From NCBI GenBank assembly GCA_000002435.2, contig CM018791.1: a stretch of 64,000 nt of DNA; one strand, 5' to 3'. The notes beneath the pieces are model-generated. The model was not told the DNA's origin. It saw only the letters and a program-made list of their open reading frames with translations, and searched no databases. Below are positions 38,973 to 50,400 of this stretch, piece by piece (position 1 is the stretch's first letter; each line of letters starts with the position of its first letter). The translations under genes were made by a program, and so were the position numbers. This DNA is from Giardia intestinalis (lineage: Eukaryota).

Positions 38973-41426
38973 CTATGCACTTATGGTAAGGTCGTTATCG
39001 TGATGCTCTAGGGTAACTTGTAAATGATTGGCTTCGGCTGCATCGCACGCCTGAAGAAGCGATGTGAAACGACAAGTATGTTGTGCAGTAGAAGAAGGGG
39101 CTTCGAAAAACGTAGCTAGAGCTGAAGAGTATCCCTCAGTAAGCCGCGCCCTAAGGGTTTTTGTACAAGTCTTGCGCACTTCCTCCAACTGTTTTGCCGT
39201 ACTATTTCCCCGACCAACGCCGTGTTCCTTTACCATACACCCATCATCTTGCTGTAAGCATTTAAGAATCTCTGGTACCATGTACATTATAGCAAGGGCG
39301 TCTGAAACAAGGGAGTGTTGTGCCTGAGTGGTTGTCTCAGGAAGATCACTGCTAATGCTATCAAGAAATGTGACGCTTTGGCTATCTTCGTGTTCTTCTT
39401 TATTGGTAACTATCGTGGAAGAAGATCCTGTCTCAGTTACACTAGTAACAGACAGTACAGATGAAGCACCGCTCCTGATACCAGTCTGCTTGGCCTCTGG
39501 CTCTCTTTCTGCAAAGCCAGTTGCTGATTTCTCTAAGGATACCGCGCTAAGCCTACGATCTTCCTGACCACGTGCATAACTAACTGCCTGGTCATATACT
39601 GCCTGTAATGATGTTAGAAGAATTTGTACACATGTGCTGTCCTTCTCAGCTGACTTAGCCACTCTTTCTGCGCTAGTGGATTGCTGATTAACTATTGTGT
39701 CCGCCTTAAACATCAGAGGCTCAACGAAGGTTCTATTGTTCATGTATAAATGTGCGTAGCGCCTCTGTATCTTGTCTACACAAACAAGCTCTATAGATAT
39801 CAGCTCAAAGCTATTGCAAATAGATGCAAGAAGTCCTTGCTCCTCAGCTGTGTGTTGCAAAGGATCCCTAGCTAATTTAAAGAGTATGGTAAATGCAAAC
39901 TGAGCATAGATTGTTGGAAGACTTATATCCTTTGCGAGCATGTTGGTCGAAAGGATAGCATCTTTGATCGCAGCTTCAGAAAGGCCCTTGCAGCGAATAT
40001 TAGCTAGGACCGTTTGATTCTGTTGGTCACCCATGGCGAAGCATTCTTCGCTTTCCTCTAGATCGATGTCGAGTAGGCTTCTGACAATGTCTTTAAGGAC
40101 ATTTAGGAAAGAAGGATCATTACTTTCGATACTATGAGCCCTTGGTGATGAGTGCAAACTTCCTTCCAGAGAGATGTGATTGTGATAATAACGCAAGTAA
40201 GCTATCAGTGAATGGAAGCTGTAGGATCCTGCAGGTGGTTGCATTACTGAGCGAAGAGAGGCCAGACTGGCGACAATACTTTCAATAGAATGACCATTTG
40301 AATACAGCTCCCTACAGTGCTTCTGGAGATCGATAATACATGGCATAATTCGTTTGCACAATAAAGAAGCAGCATGATTGGTGACAGCTTCAATCTCGCT
40401 ATTTATTGACGTATTAATGCATTCAGCAATCTTTGTATAATCATGTTCGCTTTTCGATATGCGGTATTTTTCTGTTACAATATCAATTGATTTGGCCCCT
40501 ATGTGGTAGAAACTTCCAGAGAGTAGATTGTATCTATTCAGATGGCAATACCGCAGTGGCGGACTGTCAAGACACTTCCGCTGCAGTGGAAGAGTCAGTA
40601 AGTAGAAATTTCGATCCTCCTGTCGCACGTTGAGAAGGTTTCCCTTCCTGCTTTGTCTATGCGGAGAGCCGGGCATAAGAAGCGTGAACGTCTCCCCGTC
40701 GCGAGGAGGCGTCTCGTCGTGCTCGTGCCCTATGTACACAAAGTCTATGCGCTCTTCCGGGGCATGCGTATGATTCCACTGGTCGACGAATGAAAGGCTG
40801 ATCTTGTCTCTTCCAACCTGGTCTGAATAGTCTTGGTGAAGAACCAGGAAGGTGTATCGTGCATGCCTGCGTCCTCCTTTAGCGCCTCTCCCCACCGCTT
40901 CGTCCTCCAGAGCTGAGCGAGCGGCCGGGGCAAAGGAAATCTCGGGTGCCACATCTCTCTGCCACGCTTTGTGGTAATCCAGTCCGTACACGACGAGCTC
41001 TACGCCGCCAACTACCTGGCAGAGAGGATGGAGCGTAAGGCTTTTGCCGGCCTGAGTGTGCCCCAAGAGGCTCACCGCCCCGGCCGCCTCCAGGAGGCCC
41101 AAAATCTTATCGTTGTTGTCGTGGTTGCCGTAGATGAGGGCCATGGGTATCGAGTCGCCGTCGCTGTGGTCTGCAAAGGACGAGACCCCGTATCGTCTCA
41201 GTGCACAGATTGCCTTGATGACCTTCTTGCTGGACAGCCTGTTCTGGTTGAAGAAGTCTCCGGCGTGCAGGATAGCATGCGCGCCCAGCTTGCGGGCCAG
41301 ACAGAGGCACTCCTCAAGAAGCAGGTAGTTTTCGTGGGCATTGCAGGGGCGTGCAGACGGGGCAGTGAACCCGAGGTGTGTATCCGTGAATAGCGCGATC
41401 CTTGCGCCCGAGCTGTCTGCAGACAT
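38973..41426 (-). CDS. MRE11: Mre11 DNA double-strand-break repair nuclease. The track ORF begins with GTG at 41480; the real ATG is at 41426 (MSADSS).
   Basis: Calcineurin-like phosphoesterase motifs IALFTDTHLG, HAGDFFNQN, IYGNHD and GHEHD, in the Mre11 order. Confidence 0.85.
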   Translation of the reverse strand: MSADSSGARIALFTDTHLGFTAPSARPCNAHENYLLLEECLCLARKLGAHAILHAGDFFNQNRLSSKKVIKAICALRRYGVSSFADHSDGDSIPMALIYGNHDNNDKILGLLEAAGAVSLLGHTQAGKSLTLHPLCQVVGGVELVVYGLDYHKAWQRDVAPEISFAPAARSALEDEAVGRGAKGGRRHARYTFLVLHQDYSDQVGRDKISLSFVDQWNHTHAPEERIDFVYIGHEHDETPPRDGETFTLLMPGSPHRQSRKGNLLNVRQEDRNFYLLTLPLQRKCLDSPPLRYCHLNRYNLLSGSFYHIGAKSIDIVTEKYRISKSEHDYTKIAECINTSINSEIEAVTNHAASLLCKRIMPCIIDLQKHCRELYSNGHSIESIVASLASLRSVMQPPAGSYSFHSLIAYLRYYHNHISLEGSLHSSPRAHSIESNDPSFLNVLKDIVRSLLDIDLEESEECFAMGDQQNQTVLANIRCKGLSEAAIKDAILSTNMLAKDISLPTIYAQFAFTILFKLARDPLQHTAEEQGLLASICNSFELISIELVCVDKIQRRYAHLYMNNRTFVEPLMFKADTIVNQQSTSAERVAKSAEKDSTCVQILLTSLQAVYDQAVSYARGQEDRRLSAVSLEKSATGFAEREPEAKQTGIRSGASSVLSVTSVTETGSSSTIVTNKEEHEDSQSVTFLDSISSDLPETTTQAQHSLVSDALAIMYMVPEILKCLQQDDGCMVKEHGVGRGNSTAKQLEEVRKTCTKTLRARLTEGYSSALATFFEAPSSTAQHTCRFTSLLQACDAAEANHLQVTLEHHDNDLTISA

Positions 41427-41509
41427 CTTCCAGAACACCAGGATGCAATCAGAAAAAGATAGTGATTTTACAATGCACACGGAGGCCTCCCACAGGGGTC
41501 TACGCGTGG

Positions 41510-42631
41510 CTAGACAAGAAACATGTTTGTGTCGGACATGGAGCGCCTGTAGGTATCTACGTTCACCTCTTGTGACCTGGGAAAGCCGTAGAAGATGTAG
41601 TTGTCGGAGACGTAGCTCAAGTAGCTACCGTTGTTTGTGCACATCAGGTGCAGCTCTGCAAGATCGAGGCTGCTGTTCTTCTCTATCACCATGCACCTCT
41701 CCCAACTGAGGGTCTTTGCAAATTCCCTGGCCTCCTCGTCAGACTCGAACCTCTTGGAAATCGGCAGCGATGGGCTGCTGCCTTTCCTCCTGCGCGATGA
41801 GCCGCCATCCTTCTGGCCACTTTCGTCGCTTTCTGACTTCCTGTTCTTCTTGTTACCTCTCCTGCCATCCGACGGAGTAGCAAATTCCACGGTGACGGAT
41901 CCTTTGCCTGGGGAAGCCTGAGGAGTCTTCTTCTTCTTGACACTGCTCTTCTCAGATAGAGTATTCCCCGCAGGAGACCCGCTAGCTGCTCCGTGCTCGC
42001 CTGTTTGTCTGGACTTGGCGTTAGACTTGGGCTTTGACTGCTGGGCCTTGATATCTTTCATAGCGAAGCAGTGATAGCAGTAGACAGGAGCGCGTTTGCA
42101 GATGTCACTCCACGTAACATCGCACGTGTCCGACACGGTCGGCGCGTCAGGGAATTCAGTCACAAGTTCCACGTACCGGCCGGCAAAGACTGTGGAGATA
42201 TCTTCGTAGATGCACTCGGCGGGTCGGTCTGACCCGGCTGACAGCTCGGAGCCGTAAAGCTCATAGAATCGATTGTACACTGAATGGATATCTATGGGGC
42301 CTATACCTATCTTTTTTAACTTGTCCCGAAGCGCACCGCAATCTTTTTCAGCAACATAAATTGGAATAAATCTCCCGTCTGAATTCTTGAAAAGGGCATC
42401 AGAAAGGGTAGCTGGCACGATATTATCACCTACAGCGATCAGAAACAGCTTGTTACCTTGCAAAAGCTGTAAAACGATGCCTTTGTCTGATGAAGAAGAC
42501 ACCCTAAGAAATTTAAAATTTATATCAGTAGGTGCTTCGTCCTTAGGGAACTCATCCAGCAGATATGTGTATATGGTAACATGCTCCCAAGGGCTAGATC
42601 CGTAACGAAACGTCTTGCCCACCTCGTACAT
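41510..42631 (-). CDS. Hypothetical protein, 373 aa, with a basic Ser/Lys/Arg-rich middle.
   Basis: ATG with AT-rich context taaattaaaaggggtaaatttaaaagtgtATG. No family recognised. Confidence 0.5.
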   Translation of the reverse strand: MYEVGKTFRYGSSPWEHVTIYTYLLDEFPKDEAPTDINFKFLRVSSSSDKGIVLQLLQGNKLFLIAVGDNIVPATLSDALFKNSDGRFIPIYVAEKDCGALRDKLKKIGIGPIDIHSVYNRFYELYGSELSAGSDRPAECIYEDISTVFAGRYVELVTEFPDAPTVSDTCDVTWSDICKRAPVYCYHCFAMKDIKAQQSKPKSNAKSRQTGEHGAASGSPAGNTLSEKSSVKKKKTPQASPGKGSVTVEFATPSDGRRGNKKNRKSESDESGQKDGGSSRRRKGSSPSLPISKRFESDEEAREFAKTLSWERCMVIEKNSSLDLAELHLMCTNNGSYLSYVSDNYIFYGFPRSQEVNVDTYRRSMSDTNMFLV

Positions 42632-42775
42632 ACACTTTTAAATTTACCCCTTTTAATTTAGATTTATCTAGGTTCATTAGTCCGAGTCAAACTTACAACA
42701 ATGTTGCATACTGCCTGATTTGACTCTAGGTAGTGATTCTAGGTGGGTGCCCACGCACACATGCATACCACCTCG

Positions 42776-44824
42776 CTAAGCAATGCGTCTGCCCTGAACA
42801 TTACTTCTCTCACGGAACTGGGCGGCAGCCTGAGCACGCCGCTCACTGGAGAAAGCTTCTCCAAGCATCTTCTTTTGTGCCCGCCTTTCCCGCTTTATTT
42901 GCTTCGTGAGAGCCTTACGTTCTGCCCGTTCCGTACTGGTCTCATTGCTTCGTGTAGAAGGAAGAACATGGGGTCTGTACTGCTCGTCACTGCTGTGAGA
43001 ATCCACCTGAGACGGCGCTTGATTGTCGGATGCTCCTCTGCACTCCTCGTTCTCCTCGTGAACCACAGGAAGTGGATGAGAGCCTTTAGTTAGAGAGGTG
43101 ATGGGGATCCCACGCTTAGATAGAACGATCCTGACTGGCGCTTTGTCGGCTTCCATCTGCATGCTCTTGTCATCTGCCTTCCCAATATAATGAAGATTTC
43201 CCGCATCGTCTTCGATGGTGGGCTTCCGCTGTGCCTCAAGCTTCTGCCTTCCATAGCCCAGCTTATTCCAACTACAACGAATATATGCACGCGCGACCTG
43301 GCCAGACATAATGCAATCCACTAAGCCATTAACGATCTCCTCGTTGTCCATCATGTTCGTTCCCAAATACTTATCTAAGCCGCGATTGACATCATCTTCC
43401 ATGTTGCGGAGATTCTCTAACGACGCTTGCTGTATCGACTCTTCGGTAAGAAGAGCCAATTTTTGTGCATTAGTTACACACGGTTCTATTTGATCAACCT
43501 GTGAGCTACGCCCTTCTTGCATGTGAACAATTTTTTCGTTTGCAACGGTCATCATACGATTAAGCTCAGTATCCATAGAGTCTCCAGAAGTAAAGTGCCT
43601 TTGATTCATGTGTCTCCCCCTTCTCATCTGCACCGAGCTACCGACCGATTTAGCGGACAGCTTGGACAGATCTGTATATCCCCCTACGCTTGATAACCTG
43701 GAAAGCCTTGTGCGTCGAGAGATGGTTGATTTGCCGTCATCGAGACTATCAATATCCACTTCATCACCATAAACTATGCGATCTTCCTCTTCCTTAGTTG
43801 GAAGGCACGCCAGTCCACGGATACTATCCAGTGTAGCTCTATTCAGAGCAGCGGAGTTGCTCGTGATGTTAGCATTGAAGAAGTCGAGTGCCTCCTTAGC
43901 TTCATTTTCGTCTTCCTCTAGCCCAAGCGCGAGGCCAAAACCTTTGGTATGATCACTTTCTTCATTGTCGTGAGTATTTTTTAGAGCTCTGTCTTCTTCG
44001 GTGAACTCAAATCCCTCTAGGTCTGCATTTGTGAGGGTGGATTCGTCGGGAAACAGTGACTCCACAAGGACTCTTTTGACTGCTTCACTGGCTGCAACCA
44101 CGCGTGTTGTACCAATCATGTATGTTTTGCTTACAAATTCCTTTTGGTCATCCTGGGGTCTGGTCAGATCAAGAACAGTCTCGTGCTTGTTTGTATAGCT
44201 ACTCCAGTTGCTTAGATCGTCTCCTCTCAGTGTCTTCTCTGCTGAGATGAGCTCTGCTGCGGTGCCTGCCTCCTTGAACGAGTCAAACTCTGTGTTCATG
44301 ATTGCCTCCAGTTCTTCATCTAATTGATCCAACTCGCCTGCACTGATATCGTCTACCAGGCGCTTGCTTTGTTCATTCATCGCTTCATCACTCTCAGTGT
44401 GTTCTTCTACGGATTCAAGTAAATGCTCCACATCTTCTTCGCTCATGCACTCTTCTTCGACTATCAGTGATTCATCTTTTGGGTCAAGCTCTTTCGGTAC
44501 AACGTGATGCTGATGTGTTGTGCGCTTTGACGGAGTCTTGTCCACCACAAGAATACCGTCGTAATTTATCAGCGTTTCATCTGTAGAATCTCCATCCATT
44601 AGCTCCCCAGAGTATGGCATATCATTAGATGGTACCACAGGGGCAGACTCTGCCTCTCCAAGTATGAACATGTCATTGTGCCTTCGCTCCTCAAGGCCAT
44701 TTATGTACAGTTTCTCTCCGCCATGGTTGTGATTTTCTACTTCCTTGAGTGCGACCATCATTCTACCATCCTCTGAGATGATGTTCATGACATTGAAGAC
44801 GCGCTTCGCCTTCTTTGACTGCAT
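42776..44824 (-). CDS. Hypothetical acidic protein, 682 aa, Glu/Asp-rich with a basic C-terminal tail.
   Basis: ATG with AT-rich initiator. Low-complexity acidic stretches. No family recognised. Confidence 0.5.
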   Translation of the reverse strand: MQSKKAKRVFNVMNIISEDGRMMVALKEVENHNHGGEKLYINGLEERRHNDMFILGEAESAPVVPSNDMPYSGELMDGDSTDETLINYDGILVVDKTPSKRTTHQHHVVPKELDPKDESLIVEEECMSEEDVEHLLESVEEHTESDEAMNEQSKRLVDDISAGELDQLDEELEAIMNTEFDSFKEAGTAAELISAEKTLRGDDLSNWSSYTNKHETVLDLTRPQDDQKEFVSKTYMIGTTRVVAASEAVKRVLVESLFPDESTLTNADLEGFEFTEEDRALKNTHDNEESDHTKGFGLALGLEEDENEAKEALDFFNANITSNSAALNRATLDSIRGLACLPTKEEEDRIVYGDEVDIDSLDDGKSTISRRTRLSRLSSVGGYTDLSKLSAKSVGSSVQMRRGRHMNQRHFTSGDSMDTELNRMMTVANEKIVHMQEGRSSQVDQIEPCVTNAQKLALLTEESIQQASLENLRNMEDDVNRGLDKYLGTNMMDNEEIVNGLVDCIMSGQVARAYIRCSWNKLGYGRQKLEAQRKPTIEDDAGNLHYIGKADDKSMQMEADKAPVRIVLSKRGIPITSLTKGSHPLPVVHEENEECRGASDNQAPSQVDSHSSDEQYRPHVLPSTRSNETSTERAERKALTKQIKRERRAQKKMLGEAFSSERRAQAAAQFRERSNVQGRRIA

Positions 44825-45277
44825 TTATTTAATCTCTTGAATTTTAGCATATCATCATACGCAGCAGTGGAGCTGGCCAGCAACGAGTACACAAGAGAAT
44901 ACCTGACTCCTCACTGTAAAACTTCTTTATCATTACCAGTACGATTAATAAATTGCTGGATTGCTTCGTACAGTTCGCTCATTCTTTCGTAAGTTAGCAA
45001 GCGTAAACTAGTAAATCTCGCAGCATGTCTTTCCTTCAATTAAAAATACCTGAGATTGACAAAGGGGGTTAATTATATTTTCAACGTACAACGACATGAA
45101 GCCACAAGGACCGCGACTCATGGTATAAGCAGATCTGTTAGGATGTTATTCTTAACCTTGTTGTTAATTCTTCGTTAAGCCCCTTCTCTTGAGCTCACCT
45201 TTCAACAACAGTGCAGACATTTCACGTGTTTTTGTGAAAATTTCAATTAGAAAAGCTCTTATTAGATTTAATTGCTC

Positions 45278-47446
45278 ATGTCTGTTGATCTCCCGCAGCA
45301 CGTCCTGGATGCATTAGACAAAGCTGAAAAATACCTATGTGGCATGGCGTCAACGTCTGTGGAGCGCACGGAAGGTGCTAACACCGTGTTCACCATTGCT
45401 CGAGGGCACACTATTCCTTTGGCAGAGCATACATTTGGGGCGCGGATGCTGGAGGAAGCTTTGCAAGTGGGCACACGTGATCAGATTTCTGCCGTCTTCA
45501 CTGAGCTATACCCCTCTATTATGACGGTAATGCGCTCAGAGTCTGGAAGCCACGTTTGTCAAACGTTGCTGGCACTCATTTCCAGAATCTACAGAGATGA
45601 TTGCAGCAGCCTTTCTATGGAATCCCTGGGCGTAGTATCTGCAATCAATAAGGCAGATGGCAGCCTAGCAGAACTCTACTCCGCACTTGTTCTCCAGAAA
45701 ATAATCCCGGAAATCCCCAGCCTTATTACGCACAAGTTTACTAACCATGTTCTCCGCACACTCCTTCGTGTAGAAGGCGGTAGTCCGCCTGAGGACGAAG
45801 ACCGCGGACGCCGCAAGCACGCCAATGAATCGACGTTCTGCACGATGTACGGGCCCACAGACCCTTTTGCAGGCGTCTGCAGCAACTTGTTTATACCGTT
45901 TAGCCAGGCACTTTATAAGACTCTTCAAGGTCAGAGTACAATCTATCAATCTTGCTTCGACACATATAAGTCTGTCCTTCTGCAGACCTACTGCAAAATC
46001 ATCGCCCGCTGCAAGGAATCCATCGATATTCCTACAGTGCAACAGCCTCTAGGGGTTCTCCTCCAACTCCTAAATCTTCCAACAACTATTATAGATAAGG
46101 TAACGCGAAAAAAGCTTAAGGACTTTACCCTCAAGTTCAGCACTTTTAAGGATCTATGCAAGAACACTTCTGCATGCTTTGCTCTGGAGTCTGTTTTTGA
46201 GTCTGTGAGCGTTTCCCAACCTGAAGCCTGTGGCGCGTTAGCTAACTTTGTCATTTCCGGGACAACCTTGTCGCGCACTTATAACGAGTTCAAGGACCTC
46301 TCAGTAATAGCAGGATCTAAGACAGCGTCTCATGTTTTCTCTGTAATAATAGGCTTTTGCGATGATCCACGGCTCTTGACCGATCTCCTTGGCGTTTACA
46401 CTGCTTCCTGTTCTGTTATCTTTGAGCACGACTACTCTAAGCTTATACAAAGCCTCTTTAGGGGTCTTTGTAGGGCAGCCACATTCGTTTCAAAAACCTT
46501 AAAAGAAAGTAGCGAAGAAGAAAATGTCGCGCAAAACGATAATCAGAATAAGAACGCTATGGATGTTATTTCACCAGAGCTTGTGGCATCGTTCGAAAAG
46601 GCACAAAGAACTTTTATCGACGCAATAATAGAGCTAACAGAAGCCGATAAGCGTTTTATTAGAGCTCTTCTCCTTCCAGGCCAACCACTAACGGGCCCCT
46701 TTTCCCTTGAGTTTTCGTTCTCCACCAACAGCAAGTACATGTTCAAGGCACTGGCCACCACCTTCGCCGACAAGTCACATGTGACACCTGAATTTAAGCA
46801 GCAGCGCCGCGAAGAGCATCAGCGCAGAGAGAAGCTTGCTAAGGAACAGTTTTTCGGGACAAAATACAAGAAGAAGGAGGCAGGCACGATCACCCATGCA
46901 GGTGTTTGGCAAACCGGGAAAGGGATAGTGATTTCCTGGTTCAATATGGGAAATCCTGACATCGTCAATATGGCCGCTGAATCCCTTATTGACTATTCGT
47001 TCCCAGACCCTGGAGATGCGTTTAAACTGATCATGCATCCAGCAGGCTGCGATGTTTATCAAGCGTGCCTAGGAAGCGTGTATGTAGCCCCTTGGTACAA
47101 GATAAAGCTCATTAATAACTTAAAGCCCGTGATTGACAAGCTGGCTCGGAATAAGCTCGGATGTTTGGTTCTCACTGCGCTGTTCGACGCAACCTTGTCT
47201 GACACCGGTGACATCCCGGCGGACGTGATAGAGGCCAGTCGAATAGTCCTTGCTAGTGAAATTGACGTTCGTGCTGCTAGTGCATCCTTCCATGGACGTC
47301 AGCTATGTGCCTATATGAAGCTGGACGAATTTCAACGTTCTGGAGAAGACTGGAGTAGAACCTTGCAGAGACGAACGGAAGTCAGGAAAGAGATCATGTC
47401 GATCTTCGATGATGCTGCAGAGCCTAGAAGGCGCAGAAAGGCCTAG
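45278..47446 (+). CDS. Pumilio/PUF-repeat-like RNA-binding protein (Puf-A/Nop9-type architecture). The track start is TTG at 45272; the real ATG is at 45278.
   Basis: Repeated helical units resemble PUM repeats: HTFGARMLEEALQVGTRDQISAVFTELYPSIMTVMRSESGSHVCQTLLA (compare DQHGSRFIQQKLE...DVFGNYVIQKFFE). Confidence 0.4.
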   Translation: MSVDLPQHVLDALDKAEKYLCGMASTSVERTEGANTVFTIARGHTIPLAEHTFGARMLEEALQVGTRDQISAVFTELYPSIMTVMRSESGSHVCQTLLALISRIYRDDCSSLSMESLGVVSAINKADGSLAELYSALVLQKIIPEIPSLITHKFTNHVLRTLLRVEGGSPPEDEDRGRRKHANESTFCTMYGPTDPFAGVCSNLFIPFSQALYKTLQGQSTIYQSCFDTYKSVLLQTYCKIIARCKESIDIPTVQQPLGVLLQLLNLPTTIIDKVTRKKLKDFTLKFSTFKDLCKNTSACFALESVFESVSVSQPEACGALANFVISGTTLSRTYNEFKDLSVIAGSKTASHVFSVIIGFCDDPRLLTDLLGVYTASCSVIFEHDYSKLIQSLFRGLCRAATFVSKTLKESSEEENVAQNDNQNKNAMDVISPELVASFEKAQRTFIDAIIELTEADKRFIRALLLPGQPLTGPFSLEFSFSTNSKYMFKALATTFADKSHVTPEFKQQRREEHQRREKLAKEQFFGTKYKKKEAGTITHAGVWQTGKGIVISWFNMGNPDIVNMAAESLIDYSFPDPGDAFKLIMHPAGCDVYQACLGSVYVAPWYKIKLINNLKPVIDKLARNKLGCLVLTALFDATLSDTGDIPADVIEASRIVLASEIDVRAASASFHGRQLCAYMKLDEFQRSGEDWSRTLQRRTEVRKEIMSIFDDAAEPRRRRKA

Positions 47447-47466
47447 GCAAACGTTGCAAAGAGGAG

Positions 47467-50400
47467 CTACCATCCGTCCTCGATACTATCATCAGATTCC
47501 AGATCTGAAAGATTTAACAGGCCCTTGGTGCTTCTTCGAGACGTTTTTCCTGTGGTTCTTCTACTTGGCATTCTACGGGACGCTTTGACACAAGACAGTG
47601 TAGATACGTCATCTGGAAGTAGAGAAGAGATCTGAGAATTAGGGCCAGCCCACTCCATGAGCTGGCTGGCCACAGAACGAAACTCGGCTACGATGTTAGG
47701 GCTGGCCTTGCTAATTACCTTAGAGTGTAGGTAGGTAACGCAGTACAGGATACGCTTTATGACCAGTTCATTAGTGTGATATTTGTCAGCAAAGTGTATA
47801 ATATTCTTCGTAAGTGCAATTACAATACTAGCGTCCACAGCCATATCTATGAGGTACTTGATCATGAACTCGTACTCCTCCTCTGTAGCAGACTCCATGC
47901 TTGTCAATAAGGATGATATGAGTTCAGAAATGTGGCTACGGAGGGGGTTGGGCTGCTTTTTGGCGATGGTATCAAAAAGAATACCTGCTATGGAAGACAC
48001 GTTATCATTATCATTGCTTAGTAACTTAAGTGCGCATAGTATGTGTGTCTCTGGTTTCAGATAATCGGCCGAAATTAGCTGCGTAAGATGTAGTAGCCCC
48101 GTGGCTTGAAATTCTGGCCAGTCGTTCTGCAGTAATGGGTAGAAGAGCTGCTCCAGTGCAAACTTTGTGGTAAAAACAGATGAGTTAGTCATCACGCATG
48201 AAATCAGAGACTTGTATGCTGCAAACTGTGCCGGATTTGACTGGTTGGTGTGCTCTCGCGGCAACTTCATAGCCTTAACAAAAAGAAGAAGCGCTGCTTC
48301 TATGAAGTACCGACGGTTTCCTGTCTTTGGATCTTTTATTTTGAAGTTTAATGGTAGCGTCGCGCAGAATTTCCCTATATTCAGTATAAGACTATAAAAC
48401 ACAGCTCCACTAGCCACCTCTATCTCTCCAGTGTCATAAGAGTCGCACATGGTAGATAGCGCGTTAAGAGCTACGTCAGCTGCCACATATAGCTCTGAGA
48501 ACTCTTCCATGATATCGTCGCAGCTATGTGGAACGTTAGGGCCTGTCATAAATATTGACCCGCTATTGAGTAGAGTGTTCTTTGCAGTCTCGTTCCCAAG
48601 CATATGAATGTACTCATTAAAGAGAAGACCAGACAGCTCTGCGTAGAGGGACGTGTATCCAATGAGGTGGGCCACAGTGTTTGTCGCCATTAACATGCCA
48701 GAGAGATTGTCAATGTACACTTTTCCTCCAAGACCCAAGATTCCAACAAATTCCGAAAAGCATAAGAAGGGGTTGTTTCCTATATAGTTGTGCACAGATT
48801 GCAGCAGATGAAGAAACGAATTCTTCATGTTTTCTCCGTGACTCTGCACTGTCACGAGGATTGGTTCTAAAATATTGCCAGAAAAGGCCGCAGAGAGGAG
48901 AGTATAACAGAGGATGCCCATTTCCTTTAGAAATAATGTGTTTTTGGATGAAAGCAGTGCTCCGACAAAGATCGTCATTATGCGGATCACTGTCTCCGAT
49001 GAAATCACTAAAAAACGGTTGTAAATTGATGTGAACATGTTCAAAAGGCGCACCGAAACATATTTAACAATGTCCACCTCGCTTAGCACCCCGGTTAGGA
49101 GCTTCTCAATCATGTTGCGCCTTGTGATTGTCACACGTGAGAAATCCAATAAGTCCTGAAGAGCTGAGGGGACAGTCAGCTTAGCTGTATTTTTGGCAAT
49201 GGCACCAAGAAGCACTGTGATAGTTCGGTCGAGCTGGTCGTGTCGTAAATGAGCCTCAGCAGGGTATGTATTTGCGATAGTACTATAGAAAAAGATGATG
49301 CGGTTGACAAATTCATTGACGAATGATTGGTCGGAGCCCTCTAGAGGCTTGGTTGTATTACCCTCTATATCCTCAGACTTGTATATCCCGTTTTCAAAGA
49401 GAACTCTAAAGACAGATGTTAATACGCGGCTATCTAAGGCTTCGGTCGAGGTTCCTGACGCAGATGCTAATGCTATGAGATCACAACACGCCTCTAGAGA
49501 CCCATAAACTTTGAATTCAAGACATGCTTCTATGAGTATAAAGACTTCAGAGTCAGAGAGTTGCGTAGAAACCAAATGGGATCGGATGAGGCGAAGGCAC
49601 TCCTCATAGATTTGGGCGAAGCGCAGCGCAGATACAACGATATCTACTTGCTTGCGCGCGTTGTTACGATCTGTCACTTCCGTATTTTCTGATTCGTTGA
49701 GCACGCTTATTGCAAGACTGACGGCAAGATCAATCTTGTCTTCATAGGAGAAGGAGAGATGTCTATCATACTTCTTGCATACAATATTATAGAGAATCTT
49801 CAGCTCATGAGAATTAATGCTTGGACCCCAAGGATTGTGCTGTAGGAGAGACACCAGCCCCTTGCAGGCGGCCTTTCTCACTAGTGTTGTATTATCCATA
49901 AGCATGCAAGCCAGCGTTCGGGCTGCCTTGACATACCAGTTGTGTGGGGTGCGTACCTTCTTATGGCCAGAGCTTTGAAGTGCGGATACTGCTAAGGTGG
50001 AGTGCTCCGCAGTATCATCTGTAATTATCTTTAGGGCACCCAGCGTCATGCATTCACAGGCTGCCGACCTTACGCCGTTGCTGACATCACACACCCTTTC
50101 TGCAGACATGACAAGAAGAGCCACAGGAGAGAAGAACAAACCACGCAATGCACCGGCACGCACCTTGTAGGAAGCGTGGAATGTCAGTTCTGAAAGAACA
50201 GCTTCGGTGGTGGAGTTGAAGTAGCTAGCCTCTTGGCGATCGAGTGCCTCGAGTAGCGATGCCAGGCCACCTTCTAGCAGCTCGTTTTGTTGGCTACCCA
50301 CGATATCAATGATCGCCTGGAGTAAGGCGTTGAATTCGGCTACAGGAAGCACGATAAGACAATCACAAACATAACTTCCACGGCTAGGCGAAAGATAAGG

